Of a DNA stretch of 64,000 nt, positions 30,767-40,360 are shown in pieces. The stretch is taken from assembly GCA_018672235.1 (NCBI GenBank), contig JABHGE010000023.1:915-64914 (forward strand). The letters are read 5' to 3'. The notes beneath the pieces are model-generated. The model ran no database searches. It was not told the DNA's origin and was given only the letters and a program-made list of their open reading frames with translations. This DNA is from Fidelibacterota bacterium (GTDB taxonomy: Bacteria > Fidelibacterota > Marinisomatia > Marinisomatales > Marinisomataceae). Position numbers and translations under genes: made by a program. The number at the start of each line of letters is the position of its first letter. The first letter of the stretch is position 1.

Positions 30767-31620
30767 TTGATAAGATTGCTTTCCTTTTTTCTGAAGGATT
30801 AAAGAATTTTTTAAGAAATAAATTGACCAATTTCTTATGCATAATAACCATTTTGATTAATTTTACTGTCCTTGGAACTTTCTTTGTGGTTGGATTTAAT
30901 ACAGATAGTCTTGTTAATTTTTTTCGTTCAAAGTATACCTTTGAAATTTTTCTAAATGATGACGTGAGCTTGGAGCAGTCAACCATCATAACTCGGGATC
31001 TACAGTCAAATGCAGCTATATACTCTGTTATATTAATTGATAAAGAAAAATCTGCAGATATTTTTTTAGAAGAATTTGGAGAAAATGTTGTAGACATGTT
31101 GGGATATAATCCTCTCCCAATGTCACTAAAGGTTTCACTAGAAAAGAATAATTTTGATTTGAATAGGATAGAGGGATTAATTAATGATATAGAAAATTAT
31201 AATTTTGTAGATAGCGTAGAATATAGAGGAGCTTATATCGATAATATTGAGGATAAAATTAATTTATTTATATTCTTTTTTCTAATACTAGTTATTGGAA
31301 TCGTCTTTATTTCAATTCAGATGATTTCAAATACAGTCAAATTATCAATGTCAAATCGAAGTGATTTTATTGAGATACTACAATATAATGGAGCTTCGGA
31401 TATATTTATTAAAATCCCATTTTTTATTGAATCTATACTACAATCTATTATTGGATCATTTATTGCATTTTTATTAGTGAATTATAGTTTCATTGTAATA
31501 AATTCCTACTTCAATTTAAATATAGGAATTGATAATTTTTTATGGGCCTGGATGATTGGGTTGTCCTTAATAATAGGTCTTTATGCATCGAATAAAGCGA
31601 TGAAGAAAATATTGATATGA
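30763..31620 (+). CDS. ftsX: Cell division permease FtsX
   Basis: FSEGLKNFLRN, NPLPMSLKV, ISNTVKLSM..R..FIEILQYNGAS..FIKIPF. Confidence 0.88.
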   Translation: MIDKIAFLFSEGLKNFLRNKLTNFLCIITILINFTVLGTFFVVGFNTDSLVNFFRSKYTFEIFLNDDVSLEQSTIITRDLQSNAAIYSVILIDKEKSADIFLEEFGENVVDMLGYNPLPMSLKVSLEKNNFDLNRIEGLINDIENYNFVDSVEYRGAYIDNIEDKINLFIFFFLILVIGIVFISIQMISNTVKLSMSNRSDFIEILQYNGASDIFIKIPFFIESILQSIIGSFIAFLLVNYSFIVINSYFNLNIGIDNFLWAWMIGLSLIIGLYASNKAMKKILI

Positions 31621-32123
31621 ATAAAAAAATAAAAAATGGATCAGATAGTTCTGCTAGTAGTGTAAAAGCTGTCTCAAAGAAAAGAACAGCAAAAAAAGAC
31701 TTAGAAGATATTATTAAGTCTCTTGAGGACAAACAGTTAAGACTAAAAGCAGAATTTGATAATTTCAGAAAAAGAAAAGAGTCTGAAATTTCTGCATTGT
31801 TTAAGTATGAAGGAAAAAATTTTATTATAGATTTTTTATCAGTATTAGACAATATAAATAGAGGTATCGATTCTTATAAAAATGAAGATACTAAGAAAGC
31901 GTTGTTGTTAATAAAGCAAGATTTCTTAAAAAAGATGAACGGTAAAGAAATCAAAGAATTCGGAAAAGCTGGAGAGATATTTGATCCAGAATTCCATGAA
32001 GCGCTTACTACATCAAGCTTAGAAGATAAAAAAGACGATGAGATAGTAGAGGTTTATGAGTTGGGTTTTAAATATAAAGATTTAATTATTAGACATGCAA
32101 AAGTAGTGGTCAATAAAAAATGA
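31617..32123 (+). CDS. grpE: Nucleotide exchange factor GrpE
   Basis: RLKAEFDNFRKR, FDPEFHEAL, GFKYKDLIIRHAKVVV. Confidence 0.95.
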   Translation: MNKKIKNGSDSSASSVKAVSKKRTAKKDLEDIIKSLEDKQLRLKAEFDNFRKRKESEISALFKYEGKNFIIDFLSVLDNINRGIDSYKNEDTKKALLLIKQDFLKKMNGKEIKEFGKAGEIFDPEFHEALTTSSLEDKKDDEIVEVYELGFKYKDLIIRHAKVVVNKK

Positions 32124-33202
32124 AAGATTTCTATGATATATTGGGCGTATCAAAGAGCGCTCCTGACAATGATATAAAACGTGCATATCGTAAGATTGCC
32201 ATGAAATATCACCCAGATAGAAATCCTGACAATGAAGCTGCTGAAAAAAAATTCAAGGAAGCTGCTGAAGCATATTCGATATTAGGTGACGCTTCAAAAA
32301 GACAGAAATATGATCAATTTGGCCATTCTGCGTTCAATGGAATGGGTGGAGGACAATCAGGATTCAATTCAATGAATATGGATGATATCTTCAATCAATT
32401 CGGAGATATTTTTGGAGGAAATAATCCATTTGAATCATTTTTTTCAGGGGGAAGATCTTCCTCTAAACCAAAAAGTGGCGGTGATGTCAAAATTCAGATC
32501 GAGGTTTCATATGCTGAAATTGTCAATGGAGGCGAAAAGAAAATTAAATTAAGAAGACTTAAGTTGGCAGATGGAGCAACTTTTTCTAGCTGTACAATGT
32601 GTAATGGCGCAGGCCAAGTAACACGAGTTACCCAATCATTTTTAGGTCAAATGAGATCTACATCTGTTTGTCCTGAATGTAAAGGGTATGGAAAGACTGT
32701 TGATAAAATTCCATCAGGTGCAGACAAAAATGGTATGATTAAAAAAGAAGAGACAATAAAAATTAAAATTCCAGTAGGTGTAGAGAATGGTAATTATATG
32801 ACTCTTGATTCTCAAGGACATGAAGATGTTAATGGTAATGCAGGTGATTTATATGTATTCTTTGAAGAAGAAGAGCATGAGCATTTTTCAAGATATGGAA
32901 ATGATGTTTTATTGCAAGCTAAAGTTGGATATTCTCATGTTGTTTTTGGAGATAAGATTGATATTCCGACAATCAATGGCCATGCTAGTTTAAAAATCCC
33001 TTCAGGTCTTCAACCTGGACAAATTTTAAGAATTAAAGGAAAAGGCTTCCCTAAGCTTGGAAAGACAAGTCGCGGAGATCAGCTTGTTAAAATTCAAGTG
33101 AATGTGCCAAAGAGCCTATCTAGGGATGAAAAAAGAATTATTAAAGAGTATTATGAAATAGAAAAAGATAAAGACATTAAATTTGAGAAATTTGAGGATT
33201 AA
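32120..33202 (+). CDS. dnaJ: Chaperone DnaJ
   Basis: J domain with HPD, G/F-rich region, two CxxCxGxG motifs, C-terminal domain. Confidence 0.96.
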   Translation: MKDFYDILGVSKSAPDNDIKRAYRKIAMKYHPDRNPDNEAAEKKFKEAAEAYSILGDASKRQKYDQFGHSAFNGMGGGQSGFNSMNMDDIFNQFGDIFGGNNPFESFFSGGRSSSKPKSGGDVKIQIEVSYAEIVNGGEKKIKLRRLKLADGATFSSCTMCNGAGQVTRVTQSFLGQMRSTSVCPECKGYGKTVDKIPSGADKNGMIKKEETIKIKIPVGVENGNYMTLDSQGHEDVNGNAGDLYVFFEEEEHEHFSRYGNDVLLQAKVGYSHVVFGDKIDIPTINGHASLKIPSGLQPGQILRIKGKGFPKLGKTSRGDQLVKIQVNVPKSLSRDEKRIIKEYYEIEKDKDIKFEKFED

Positions 33203-33236
33203 TATCTTGCTATGTTCTTGATTTATTGTAAATTCT

Positions 33237-34034
33237 GTGGAGAATAAAATGAATAAAGCCAAACAAAAATTTTTTAACGATTACTTAGAAATTATTATTT
33301 TCTTTGTATTTCTACTAACTCTTCTTGTCCTCTACATTCCTAGCACTATTTGGGAAGAAGAAGATATGTATAAAAACGAAAGTAGATCTCGCATACAGAC
33401 ATTATATAATGTTGAAAATTTTCATAATATTTTAGTTGGAAAATACGAACAAGATGGTCTTAAAGCGGTTAATCTTGTCAATGCTGTGAGAGATTCAGTG
33501 ATGGCAGACTCTACATTCTTAGGAGATCAGTTAGTAAAATTAAATGGGGAAGAATTTCTTGTAAATGTTCCTAGAGGCTTTGATGTGGAATATGATACCA
33601 CATTCGGACAAAGAAGAGTTGCGAAAGAAACGATTGTAGATACAACCGTGACCGTAGTAATGCTTTCTGAAGATACTGGATTAGAAGATACATTATATGT
33701 TCAAAAGAAAAATCTTTTTGACATACGTCAAGACCCACTATTTTTGAGTGTTGTTAGCGAAGCATCATTTGAACGCATAGAAACTGTAGCATATTTTGAT
33801 AGCAGATTTAGAAAAGAAACAACTCCTTATAATTTTGTATTTCTTCCAGATGCATCTCAACTTGTATGTCCTTTAACGGGAGATCCTTATATTATTGATA
33901 TAAATGAAGAAGCAAACTCTGTTAGAGTATCAAGTCCAATTCGTTCTTATAAAGACAACAGATATGGATTCTTTTCCTTGAAAACTAGGAGTCATGGTTA
34001 TATCATAGACGGAACTAGAAGTTGGGATAATTAA
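33237..34034 (+). CDS. Hypothetical single-pass membrane protein, possibly pilin-like (likely start ATG 33249)
   Basis: N-terminal hydrophobic helix continuing into an amphipathic helix; C-terminal CPLTGDPY and SHGYIIDG..SW; GGAG precedes ATG 33249. Confidence 0.4.
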   Translation: MENKMNKAKQKFFNDYLEIIIFFVFLLTLLVLYIPSTIWEEEDMYKNESRSRIQTLYNVENFHNILVGKYEQDGLKAVNLVNAVRDSVMADSTFLGDQLVKLNGEEFLVNVPRGFDVEYDTTFGQRRVAKETIVDTTVTVVMLSEDTGLEDTLYVQKKNLFDIRQDPLFLSVVSEASFERIETVAYFDSRFRKETTPYNFVFLPDASQLVCPLTGDPYIIDINEEANSVRVSSPIRSYKDNRYGFFSLKTRSHGYIIDGTRSWDN

Positions 34035-34038
34035 TTGA

Positions 34039-35490
34039 TTGCTATACTTTATAGTACATAGCGATACTCTTTCTGTATTTAAAAAAAGCTCTGATAATGA
34101 TTCAGTGCACCTAGAGCTCAAAATAAAATTTCATCACAATCTTATATCTATTGATAATAATTCTAAATTATTAAGCAGTGTAATTGCACAAGCACTTGAC
34201 GAGTTGAGTGAAAAAATAGATTTAGAAAATAAGCATGCAGCTATTGCTATAGATGACTCAATATTATCTCATTCTTTAAATACGGTATCTAAAAAAGATC
34301 AATCAAATTTAGCCCATCATATTAAGCGTGATTTGCAAGATAAATGGAAAGAGTTATTTAGAAATTATTTTTCAATATCAGAAAGTAAAAAATCTTCAAA
34401 GAATATATTTCATACAGTAGAGATGAATCATTATCTGAGAGAGAAAATAAAGCTAAATTTTAATAATTCCGGTATAGATATCAAGTTTCTTGTTCCTGTG
34501 TCTAGCATTGTCCTTTCAGGCGCTAAGGCTAACCAATATGTTGTTACTAAGTCGTCTCGCATATACTCACTGTTTAATTACTCGAAGAGAGGGTTTTCTT
34601 TTTATAGAGGTAGTTTTACGGGGAAGGATAAAAAATTTAGAAGAATTATAGGGCTAGCTGATATAATTAAGTTTAAAGAGAAAGATTTCAAAGATCCGAA
34701 CCTAAAGTATATTCTGTTCAATGATATTAAGATTGTAGAGTTCTTTGCAAAAATTATAAAAAATTCTACTCCAATATTAAATTTTATTAAACCTTTTGGT
34801 ATGCAAATTTTAGACGACCAAAAATACAGAAGAACTATAATCACTTCAGGTAAAAAGAATAGACCTAATTTCTTCCAATATTCACAGAATGCTGTTGCAG
34901 GCTTGTTAACCTTGGGATTAGTAGGATTGACCTTGATGACAGTAAGTGATTTTAATTTTTTATATAACGAGGCTTCATCGAGGAATCAAGATGATAATTT
35001 CATAGAAGTCGTACCTGCGATTAAGAAAGTGGAGATTAAGCCCACTATTAATCAGATAGAAAAATATCTTACTAGTTCACATGCAAATATCGATGAATTT
35101 CAAATTATTGTTAATTCTGATAATATAAGTAAAATTAAGAGTATTATTGTTCTTGATAGTTATGTCACTATCAATACTGGCTCTAATGATGGTATAAGTG
35201 GCGCATATGCCATTAAATCATCTAAACCTCCACTATTGCAAGGCTCTATTCCAATATATGATTTACTAGCCTTGGTTGTCCAAAAAGAGAGTAATAATCA
35301 ATTTCAACGTACTGATGGATTATTTTTTGAGAAACAATCTGATAATATTGTTATTAGATGTGAGGGTTTAGATAAATCAATAGAAATTCTTGAATACATA
35401 AAGCAGTATAATAATTTGATTGCAAGAAAGATTGTGTATAATAAAGTTGATAATTCAGTTCATTTGTATGTTACAGTTTTAAAAGCATGA
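34039..35490 (+). CDS. Hypothetical bitopic membrane protein (cytoplasmic N-domain, one TM, periplasmic C-domain)
   Basis: 483-aa ORF with TTG start and a single TM (AVAGLLTLGLVGLTLMTV). Confidence 0.55.
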   Translation: MLYFIVHSDTLSVFKKSSDNDSVHLELKIKFHHNLISIDNNSKLLSSVIAQALDELSEKIDLENKHAAIAIDDSILSHSLNTVSKKDQSNLAHHIKRDLQDKWKELFRNYFSISESKKSSKNIFHTVEMNHYLREKIKLNFNNSGIDIKFLVPVSSIVLSGAKANQYVVTKSSRIYSLFNYSKRGFSFYRGSFTGKDKKFRRIIGLADIIKFKEKDFKDPNLKYILFNDIKIVEFFAKIIKNSTPILNFIKPFGMQILDDQKYRRTIITSGKKNRPNFFQYSQNAVAGLLTLGLVGLTLMTVSDFNFLYNEASSRNQDDNFIEVVPAIKKVEIKPTINQIEKYLTSSHANIDEFQIIVNSDNISKIKSIIVLDSYVTINTGSNDGISGAYAIKSSKPPLLQGSIPIYDLLALVVQKESNNQFQRTDGLFFEKQSDNIVIRCEGLDKSIEILEYIKQYNNLIARKIVYNKVDNSVHLYVTVLKA

Positions 35491-35993
35491 AGATATTATC
35501 TGGTATATTTAAAAATGAATCTATCACTATAAACTCTCGCTTTCTATATAGGCCAACTACATCTATTGCCAGAAAAAGTCTTTTTGATACTCTAGGATCT
35601 CTTGAAAATAAAAATTTCTTAGACTTGTATGCAGGGTCAGGTATTATTGGTTTCGAAGCAAGTAGTAGGGGGGCAGATATGGTCACTTTCATAGAAATGA
35701 ATAAACAGCATATGGGTCATATTAGGAGTAATGCAGAATCAATCAATTATAATCACTTCAATTTTCTAGTTAGAGATTCCTTGCGATTTTTAAAAAAATG
35801 CGATAAATATGATGTTATATTTGCTGATCCGCCATACAGACTAGCTAATCTCCCATTACTCATTGATTTGGCATGTAAAAAACTAAATCCTGGAGGAGTT
35901 TTTGTTCTTGAGTGTAGCAAAAATGAATCACTTGCAGGATATGATAAAATTGCTAAATTTGGAGACACACAACTACTATATTGGCAAATATGA
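35487..35993 (+). CDS. rsmD: 16S rRNA (G966-N2) methyltransferase RsmD
   Basis: RPTT..ARKSLF, LDLYAGSGIIGFEASSRGA, FADPPY. Confidence 0.92.
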   Translation: MKILSGIFKNESITINSRFLYRPTTSIARKSLFDTLGSLENKNFLDLYAGSGIIGFEASSRGADMVTFIEMNKQHMGHIRSNAESINYNHFNFLVRDSLRFLKKCDKYDVIFADPPYRLANLPLLIDLACKKLNPGGVFVLECSKNESLAGYDKIAKFGDTQLLYWQI

Positions 35994-36481
35994 AGAAAAT
36001 AATATATCCAGGTACTTTTGATCCACTGCATTATGGTCATATCGATATTACCAAAAGAGCAGCAAAACTGTTTGATGAAGTTCATATCTGTATTTCAGAT
36101 AATTTGCATAAAAATCCATTATTTTCACATCAAGAAAGAATGGATATGATAGAAGAATGTACTCATCAAATTGATAATGTTTATGTGCATTCTAATCCAA
36201 AAAATTTAGTTATAAGATTTGCAAAAGAGCATGATGCCGTAGCTATTATTAGAGGGCTTAGACATGTAAGTGATTTTGAATTAGAGTTCCAAATGGCGAT
36301 GGTAAATCATGGTATTAATTCTGAAATTTCTACTATTTTGATGGTATCAAATGAGAAATTTCTTCATCTGAATTCTACTATTATTAAAGAATTAGCTAAA
36401 TATGATACCGATTTATCCAAGTTTGTACCAAAGAGTATTGAAAATATATTGATTAAAAAAATGAAAGAGAATAATGGCTGA
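35981..36481 (+). CDS. coaD: Pantetheine-phosphate adenylyltransferase
   Basis: [24 protein letters not shown]. Confidence 0.96.
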   Translation: MANMKKIIYPGTFDPLHYGHIDITKRAAKLFDEVHICISDNLHKNPLFSHQERMDMIEECTHQIDNVYVHSNPKNLVIRFAKEHDAVAIIRGLRHVSDFELEFQMAMVNHGINSEISTILMVSNEKFLHLNSTIIKELAKYDTDLSKFVPKSIENILIKKMKENNG

Positions 36482-37736
36482 TAAAATAAAATATGAAAAT
36501 AATAAATTAATTGTAAGTGATAATCCTATTATTCCTTTTATAGAAGGTGATGGTATCGGACCAGATATTTGGCATGCAGCGAAGAAAGTGATTGATGCCG
36601 CTGTTGAGCATAGTTATAAAGGATCAAAAAAAATTGAATGGTTGGAAGTTTTATGCGGAGAAAAAGCATTTGATCAAACAGGGGAATGGCTTCCATTAGA
36701 AACATTAGAGACTCTTAGATCGCATCATGTAGGAATCAAAGGCCCGCTTACTACCCCTATTGGCGGTGGAATACGCTCCTTAAATGTGGCTTTAAGAAAA
36801 GAATTAGATCTATATGCATGTGTGCGTCCTGTAAGATGGTTTAAAGGTGCTCCTGCAGCAATTTTAGATCCTAATAGGGTTGATTTTGTTCTATTTAGAG
36901 AGAATACAGAAGATGTGTATAGTGGAATAGAATTTCCAAAAGATTCTGATGGAGCAAAGAAGGTAATTAGTTTATTAAATGAATTGGGAGAAGGTCATAA
37001 GATTAGATTTCCAGATTCAAGTTCTATTGGTATTAAACCCATATCAAAAGAAGGTTCAATAAGATTATTTGATGCTGCTTTAAAATATGCTATCAAGAAC
37101 AATAGAAGATCAGTTACAATAGTTCATAAAGGTAATATCATGAAGTTTACAGAGGGATACTTCAAAAAATGGACTTATGAACACGCTGAAACACATTATG
37201 GCGATAAAGTATTTACATGGATGCAGTACGATAGAATTAAAGAAGAGCAAGATGTGCATGCCGCTAACGCTGCTCAATCTAAAGCTGAATTAGAAGGAAA
37301 GATTATTATCAAAGATGTTATTGCGGATGCATTCCTTCAGCAAATACTATTAAGACCGGACGAGTATGATGTCATCGCTACAATGAATTTAAATGGTGAT
37401 TATTTATCAGATTCTGCAGCAGCAGCTGTTGGTGGAATTGGCATTGCTCCTGGAGCAAATATTAATTATAGCTCTGGGCATGCTATTTTTGAAGCAACGC
37501 ATGGTACGGCTCCAAAATATGCTGGATTAGACAAGGTTAATCCATCTTCAGTAATTTTGTCTGGTGTGATGATGTTGCAACACATGGGATGGGAAGAAGC
37601 AGCTATCCTTATCGAGAGAGCATTAGAAACAGCCATATACAATAAAAGAGTTACTTATGATTTTGAGCGTTTAATGAATGGAGCTACATTGTTAAAATGT
37701 TCAGAATTTGGTGACGAGATTATTAGCAATTTTTAA
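36474..37736 (+). CDS. icd: Isocitrate dehydrogenase (dimeric, NADP-type)
   Basis: [59 protein letters not shown]. Confidence 0.97.
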   Translation: MADKIKYENNKLIVSDNPIIPFIEGDGIGPDIWHAAKKVIDAAVEHSYKGSKKIEWLEVLCGEKAFDQTGEWLPLETLETLRSHHVGIKGPLTTPIGGGIRSLNVALRKELDLYACVRPVRWFKGAPAAILDPNRVDFVLFRENTEDVYSGIEFPKDSDGAKKVISLLNELGEGHKIRFPDSSSIGIKPISKEGSIRLFDAALKYAIKNNRRSVTIVHKGNIMKFTEGYFKKWTYEHAETHYGDKVFTWMQYDRIKEEQDVHAANAAQSKAELEGKIIIKDVIADAFLQQILLRPDEYDVIATMNLNGDYLSDSAAAAVGGIGIAPGANINYSSGHAIFEATHGTAPKYAGLDKVNPSSVILSGVMMLQHMGWEEAAILIERALETAIYNKRVTYDFERLMNGATLLKCSEFGDEIISNF

Positions 37737-37745
37737 GGCATTATT

Positions 37746-38723
37746 ATGTTTATCGATTATGCAAAAATAAAATTGCAAGCTGGAAACGGCGGGCCAGGCA
37801 TTGTTGCTTTTCATCGAGAAAAATATATAGATAAAGGCGGTCCTAGTGGCGGCAATGGCGGAAAAGGTGGTAATATTATTTTTCTAACCAATCCGAACTT
37901 ACACACACTTCAAGATATTCGATATCGTCGTCTATATAAAGCTCAAAATGGTAAGTCTGGAGGCGCAAATAAGCGTACAGGTAAATCAGGAGAAGATCTT
38001 ATTATTCAAGTGCCTTGTGGTACAATTATTAAAGATTTAAATACTAATGACGTTGTTGTTGATATGGTTAAAGAAAACGAGCATCGCATAGTTTGTTTGG
38101 GCGGTATTGGAGGTAGAGGAAATTATAATTTTAAGTCTTCCAGGCAACAAACTCCTCGATTTTCACAACAAGGAATTTCTGGAGAATCATTACAAGTTGA
38201 GCTAGAGCTAAAAATTTTAGCAGATGTAGGTTTGGTTGGTTTGCCTAATGCTGGAAAATCGACTTTATTATCTGTAATGACTACAGCAACACCGAAAATT
38301 GCGGACTACCCATTTACAACCTTACAGCCTCATTTGGGAATTGTGAAATATGGAGAGTATCAATCATTTGTAATGGCTGATATTCCAGGTCTTATTGAGG
38401 GTGCTAGCCAAGGTAAAGGATTGGGTCATCAATTCTTGAGACATATAGAACGTAATAGAATTTTATTATTCTTAATTGATATTTTAGAGCCTAATCCACA
38501 AGATGTTTTCGATAAGTTGTCTAATGAGCTATCTAGCTTTAATGATACGTTAATGGATAAGCCAAAATTGGTAGTACGTACAAAGCGCGATACGATGGGT
38601 CAGGTAGAAGATTTAGAGAGTTGGAAGAGTTTTTCAGAAGAATATATAGACATTTCATCTGTAAGTAATGTCGGATTAGATAAGCTAAAAGATAGGCTTG
38701 TATCTTTTTTATCGAGTTCATAG
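37746..38723 (+). CDS. obgE: GTPase ObgE/CgtA
   Basis: Gly-rich Obg fold, GLPNAGKST, YPFTTL, DIPGLIEGA, TKRD. Confidence 0.97.
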   Translation: MFIDYAKIKLQAGNGGPGIVAFHREKYIDKGGPSGGNGGKGGNIIFLTNPNLHTLQDIRYRRLYKAQNGKSGGANKRTGKSGEDLIIQVPCGTIIKDLNTNDVVVDMVKENEHRIVCLGGIGGRGNYNFKSSRQQTPRFSQQGISGESLQVELELKILADVGLVGLPNAGKSTLLSVMTTATPKIADYPFTTLQPHLGIVKYGEYQSFVMADIPGLIEGASQGKGLGHQFLRHIERNRILLFLIDILEPNPQDVFDKLSNELSSFNDTLMDKPKLVVRTKRDTMGQVEDLESWKSFSEEYIDISSVSNVGLDKLKDRLVSFLSSS

Positions 38724-38750
38724 TATTCTTAGTGTAAATTCCCCATGTTT

Positions 38751-38837
38751 GGAGAGGTGGCTGAGTGGTTGAAAGCGGCACCCTGCTAAGGTGTTATACG
38801 GGAAACTGTATCGAGGGTTCGAATCCCTCTCTCTCCG
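38751..38837 (+). tRNA. tRNA-Ser (anticodon GCT)
   Basis: Acceptor GGAGAGG/TCTCTCC, anticodon loop CTGCTAA, long variable arm TATACGGGAAACTGTATC, T arm GAGGG-TTCGAAT-CCCTC. Confidence 0.96.
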
Positions 38838-38873
38838 CTATTATTCATTGGTTAAAGCGTTAAAAGAAAGAGA

Positions 38874-40232
38874 TTAATATTTTTCATCTAAACCAAAAAT
38901 AGGTGAATTTGTTTTCCACTTTCCTCGTGTAAAATCAGGAATTTTTACTGAACCACTATTTAGTCTAATGGATTTTTCTGATAAAGGAACTATTACACTC
39001 ATGCTTACAGCATCATAGACATCAATTGCCGGTGATTGGTTATCTTTTAATGCTTCTATAAATGCGTGGACAATAAAAAAATCCATACCTCCATGTCCTG
39101 AGCCAGCGGCTTGATCTTCAAATTTTTTCCAAAGAGGGTGGTCATATTTTTTTAAATATTCTTCATCTGACTCCCATCGATGTTCGCTTGGACTTACGCC
39201 TTCTATATAAATAGAATCATTATCTTTCATCCACAGCCCTTCAGTACCTTGAACACGAAAATTTAAAGAATATGGTCTAGGCGAGTTTGTATCATGACTT
39301 AGTACAACTGTTTGTCCTTTGGCGCACTTAATTACTGTTGTAACTATGTCACCTAACTTAAAATCTATTTTTGCATTGGGATGTTTTTCTCCTCCAAGAT
39401 CTACAATATACTTATGAAGTCCACGGGACTGGGTTGCTGTGGAGGTGAGAGAGAGCATTCTGTTGCCACGATTGATATCTAACATAGTACTTACAGGTCC
39501 TAATCCATGAGTAGGATAAAGATCAGCATTACGATCTACCGAATGTTGTGTTCTCCATCGTGCTTCTGAAAAACCCTTATCACCAAATTCTACACCACGA
39601 CCGTAAGCACCAACACCATCATTAAGCTTAACATGTCGTAAATCATGTTGATATCCTCCTTGACAGTGAAGTAATTCACCAAACAATCCTTGACGAACCA
39701 TATTGAGAACTGCCATAACATCTCTTCGGTAGTTTACGTTTTCCATAATCATACATAATTTGCCAGTTTTTTCAGATATATTGACTAAATCCCAACACTC
39801 TTTAACGGTAAGAGCTGCTGGAACCTCTGTGCCTACATGAATATTGTTTTTCATGGCGGCAATAGCCATAGAATGGTGCCATTCCCATGGGGTAGCAATA
39901 TATACTCCATCTAAATCTTCATTTGCAACCATGTTTCGAAAATCTTCTGGACCATTTTTGTATATTTTTGGCAAAGGACGGTTAGCCTTTTTAAAGATTT
40001 TTAAAACCCTTTCAATCATAATATCATCAATATCACAAATTACAGGAATGTCGACATCGGGACGGTTCAATAAAAGCTGTGAAACCCATTGACCGCGAAA
40101 TCCTGTGCCAATTATTCCTATTTGCAATCTTTGAGAAGGGCTACCAAGTAGAATAGTTGGCGCTATAGATGCGGCAACTCCAGCCATTGTAGTTGTTTTA
40201 ACAAAATCTCGGCGGCTGATTAGTGGTTTCAT
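38874..40232 (-). CDS. Tat-exported GH109-type NAD-dependent glycosidase (alpha-N-acetylgalactosaminidase-like; Gfo/Idh/MocA fold)
   Basis: SRRDFVK twin-arginine signal, IGTGFRG, ATPWEWH, TEVPAA, YPTHGLGP, GHGGMDF. Confidence 0.85.
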   Translation of the reverse strand: MKPLISRRDFVKTTTMAGVAASIAPTILLGSPSQRLQIGIIGTGFRGQWVSQLLLNRPDVDIPVICDIDDIMIERVLKIFKKANRPLPKIYKNGPEDFRNMVANEDLDGVYIATPWEWHHSMAIAAMKNNIHVGTEVPAALTVKECWDLVNISEKTGKLCMIMENVNYRRDVMAVLNMVRQGLFGELLHCQGGYQHDLRHVKLNDGVGAYGRGVEFGDKGFSEARWRTQHSVDRNADLYPTHGLGPVSTMLDINRGNRMLSLTSTATQSRGLHKYIVDLGGEKHPNAKIDFKLGDIVTTVIKCAKGQTVVLSHDTNSPRPYSLNFRVQGTEGLWMKDNDSIYIEGVSPSEHRWESDEEYLKKYDHPLWKKFEDQAAGSGHGGMDFFIVHAFIEALKDNQSPAIDVYDAVSMSVIVPLSEKSIRLNSGSVKIPDFTRGKWKTNSPIFGLDEKY

Positions 40233-40235
40233 TGC

Positions 40236-40358
40236 TTAAAGTAATTTCTTAATTTTTTTGAACAGAGCTTTAATCAAATCTCTTAGAATAATAAATACTA
40301 GCATAAATAGCATAAAGCCAATCATAGCAATCAAGATTTTTTCTAATAAAATGCTCAT
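40236..40358 (-). CDS. 40-aa single-TM small protein (not in ORF track)
   Basis: MSILLEKILIAMIGFMLFMLVFIILRDLIKALFKKIKKLL*; starts 2 nt after the amidase stop and ends 3 nt before the GH109 start. Confidence 0.7.
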   Translation of the reverse strand: MSILLEKILIAMIGFMLFMLVFIILRDLIKALFKKIKKLL

Positions 40359-40360
40359 TA

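Noticed and set aside
31617-33202. grpE-dnaJ with no dnaK or hrcA between them
   Set aside because: From recall this arrangement is ordinary in FCB-group genomes, where dnaK is elsewhere.
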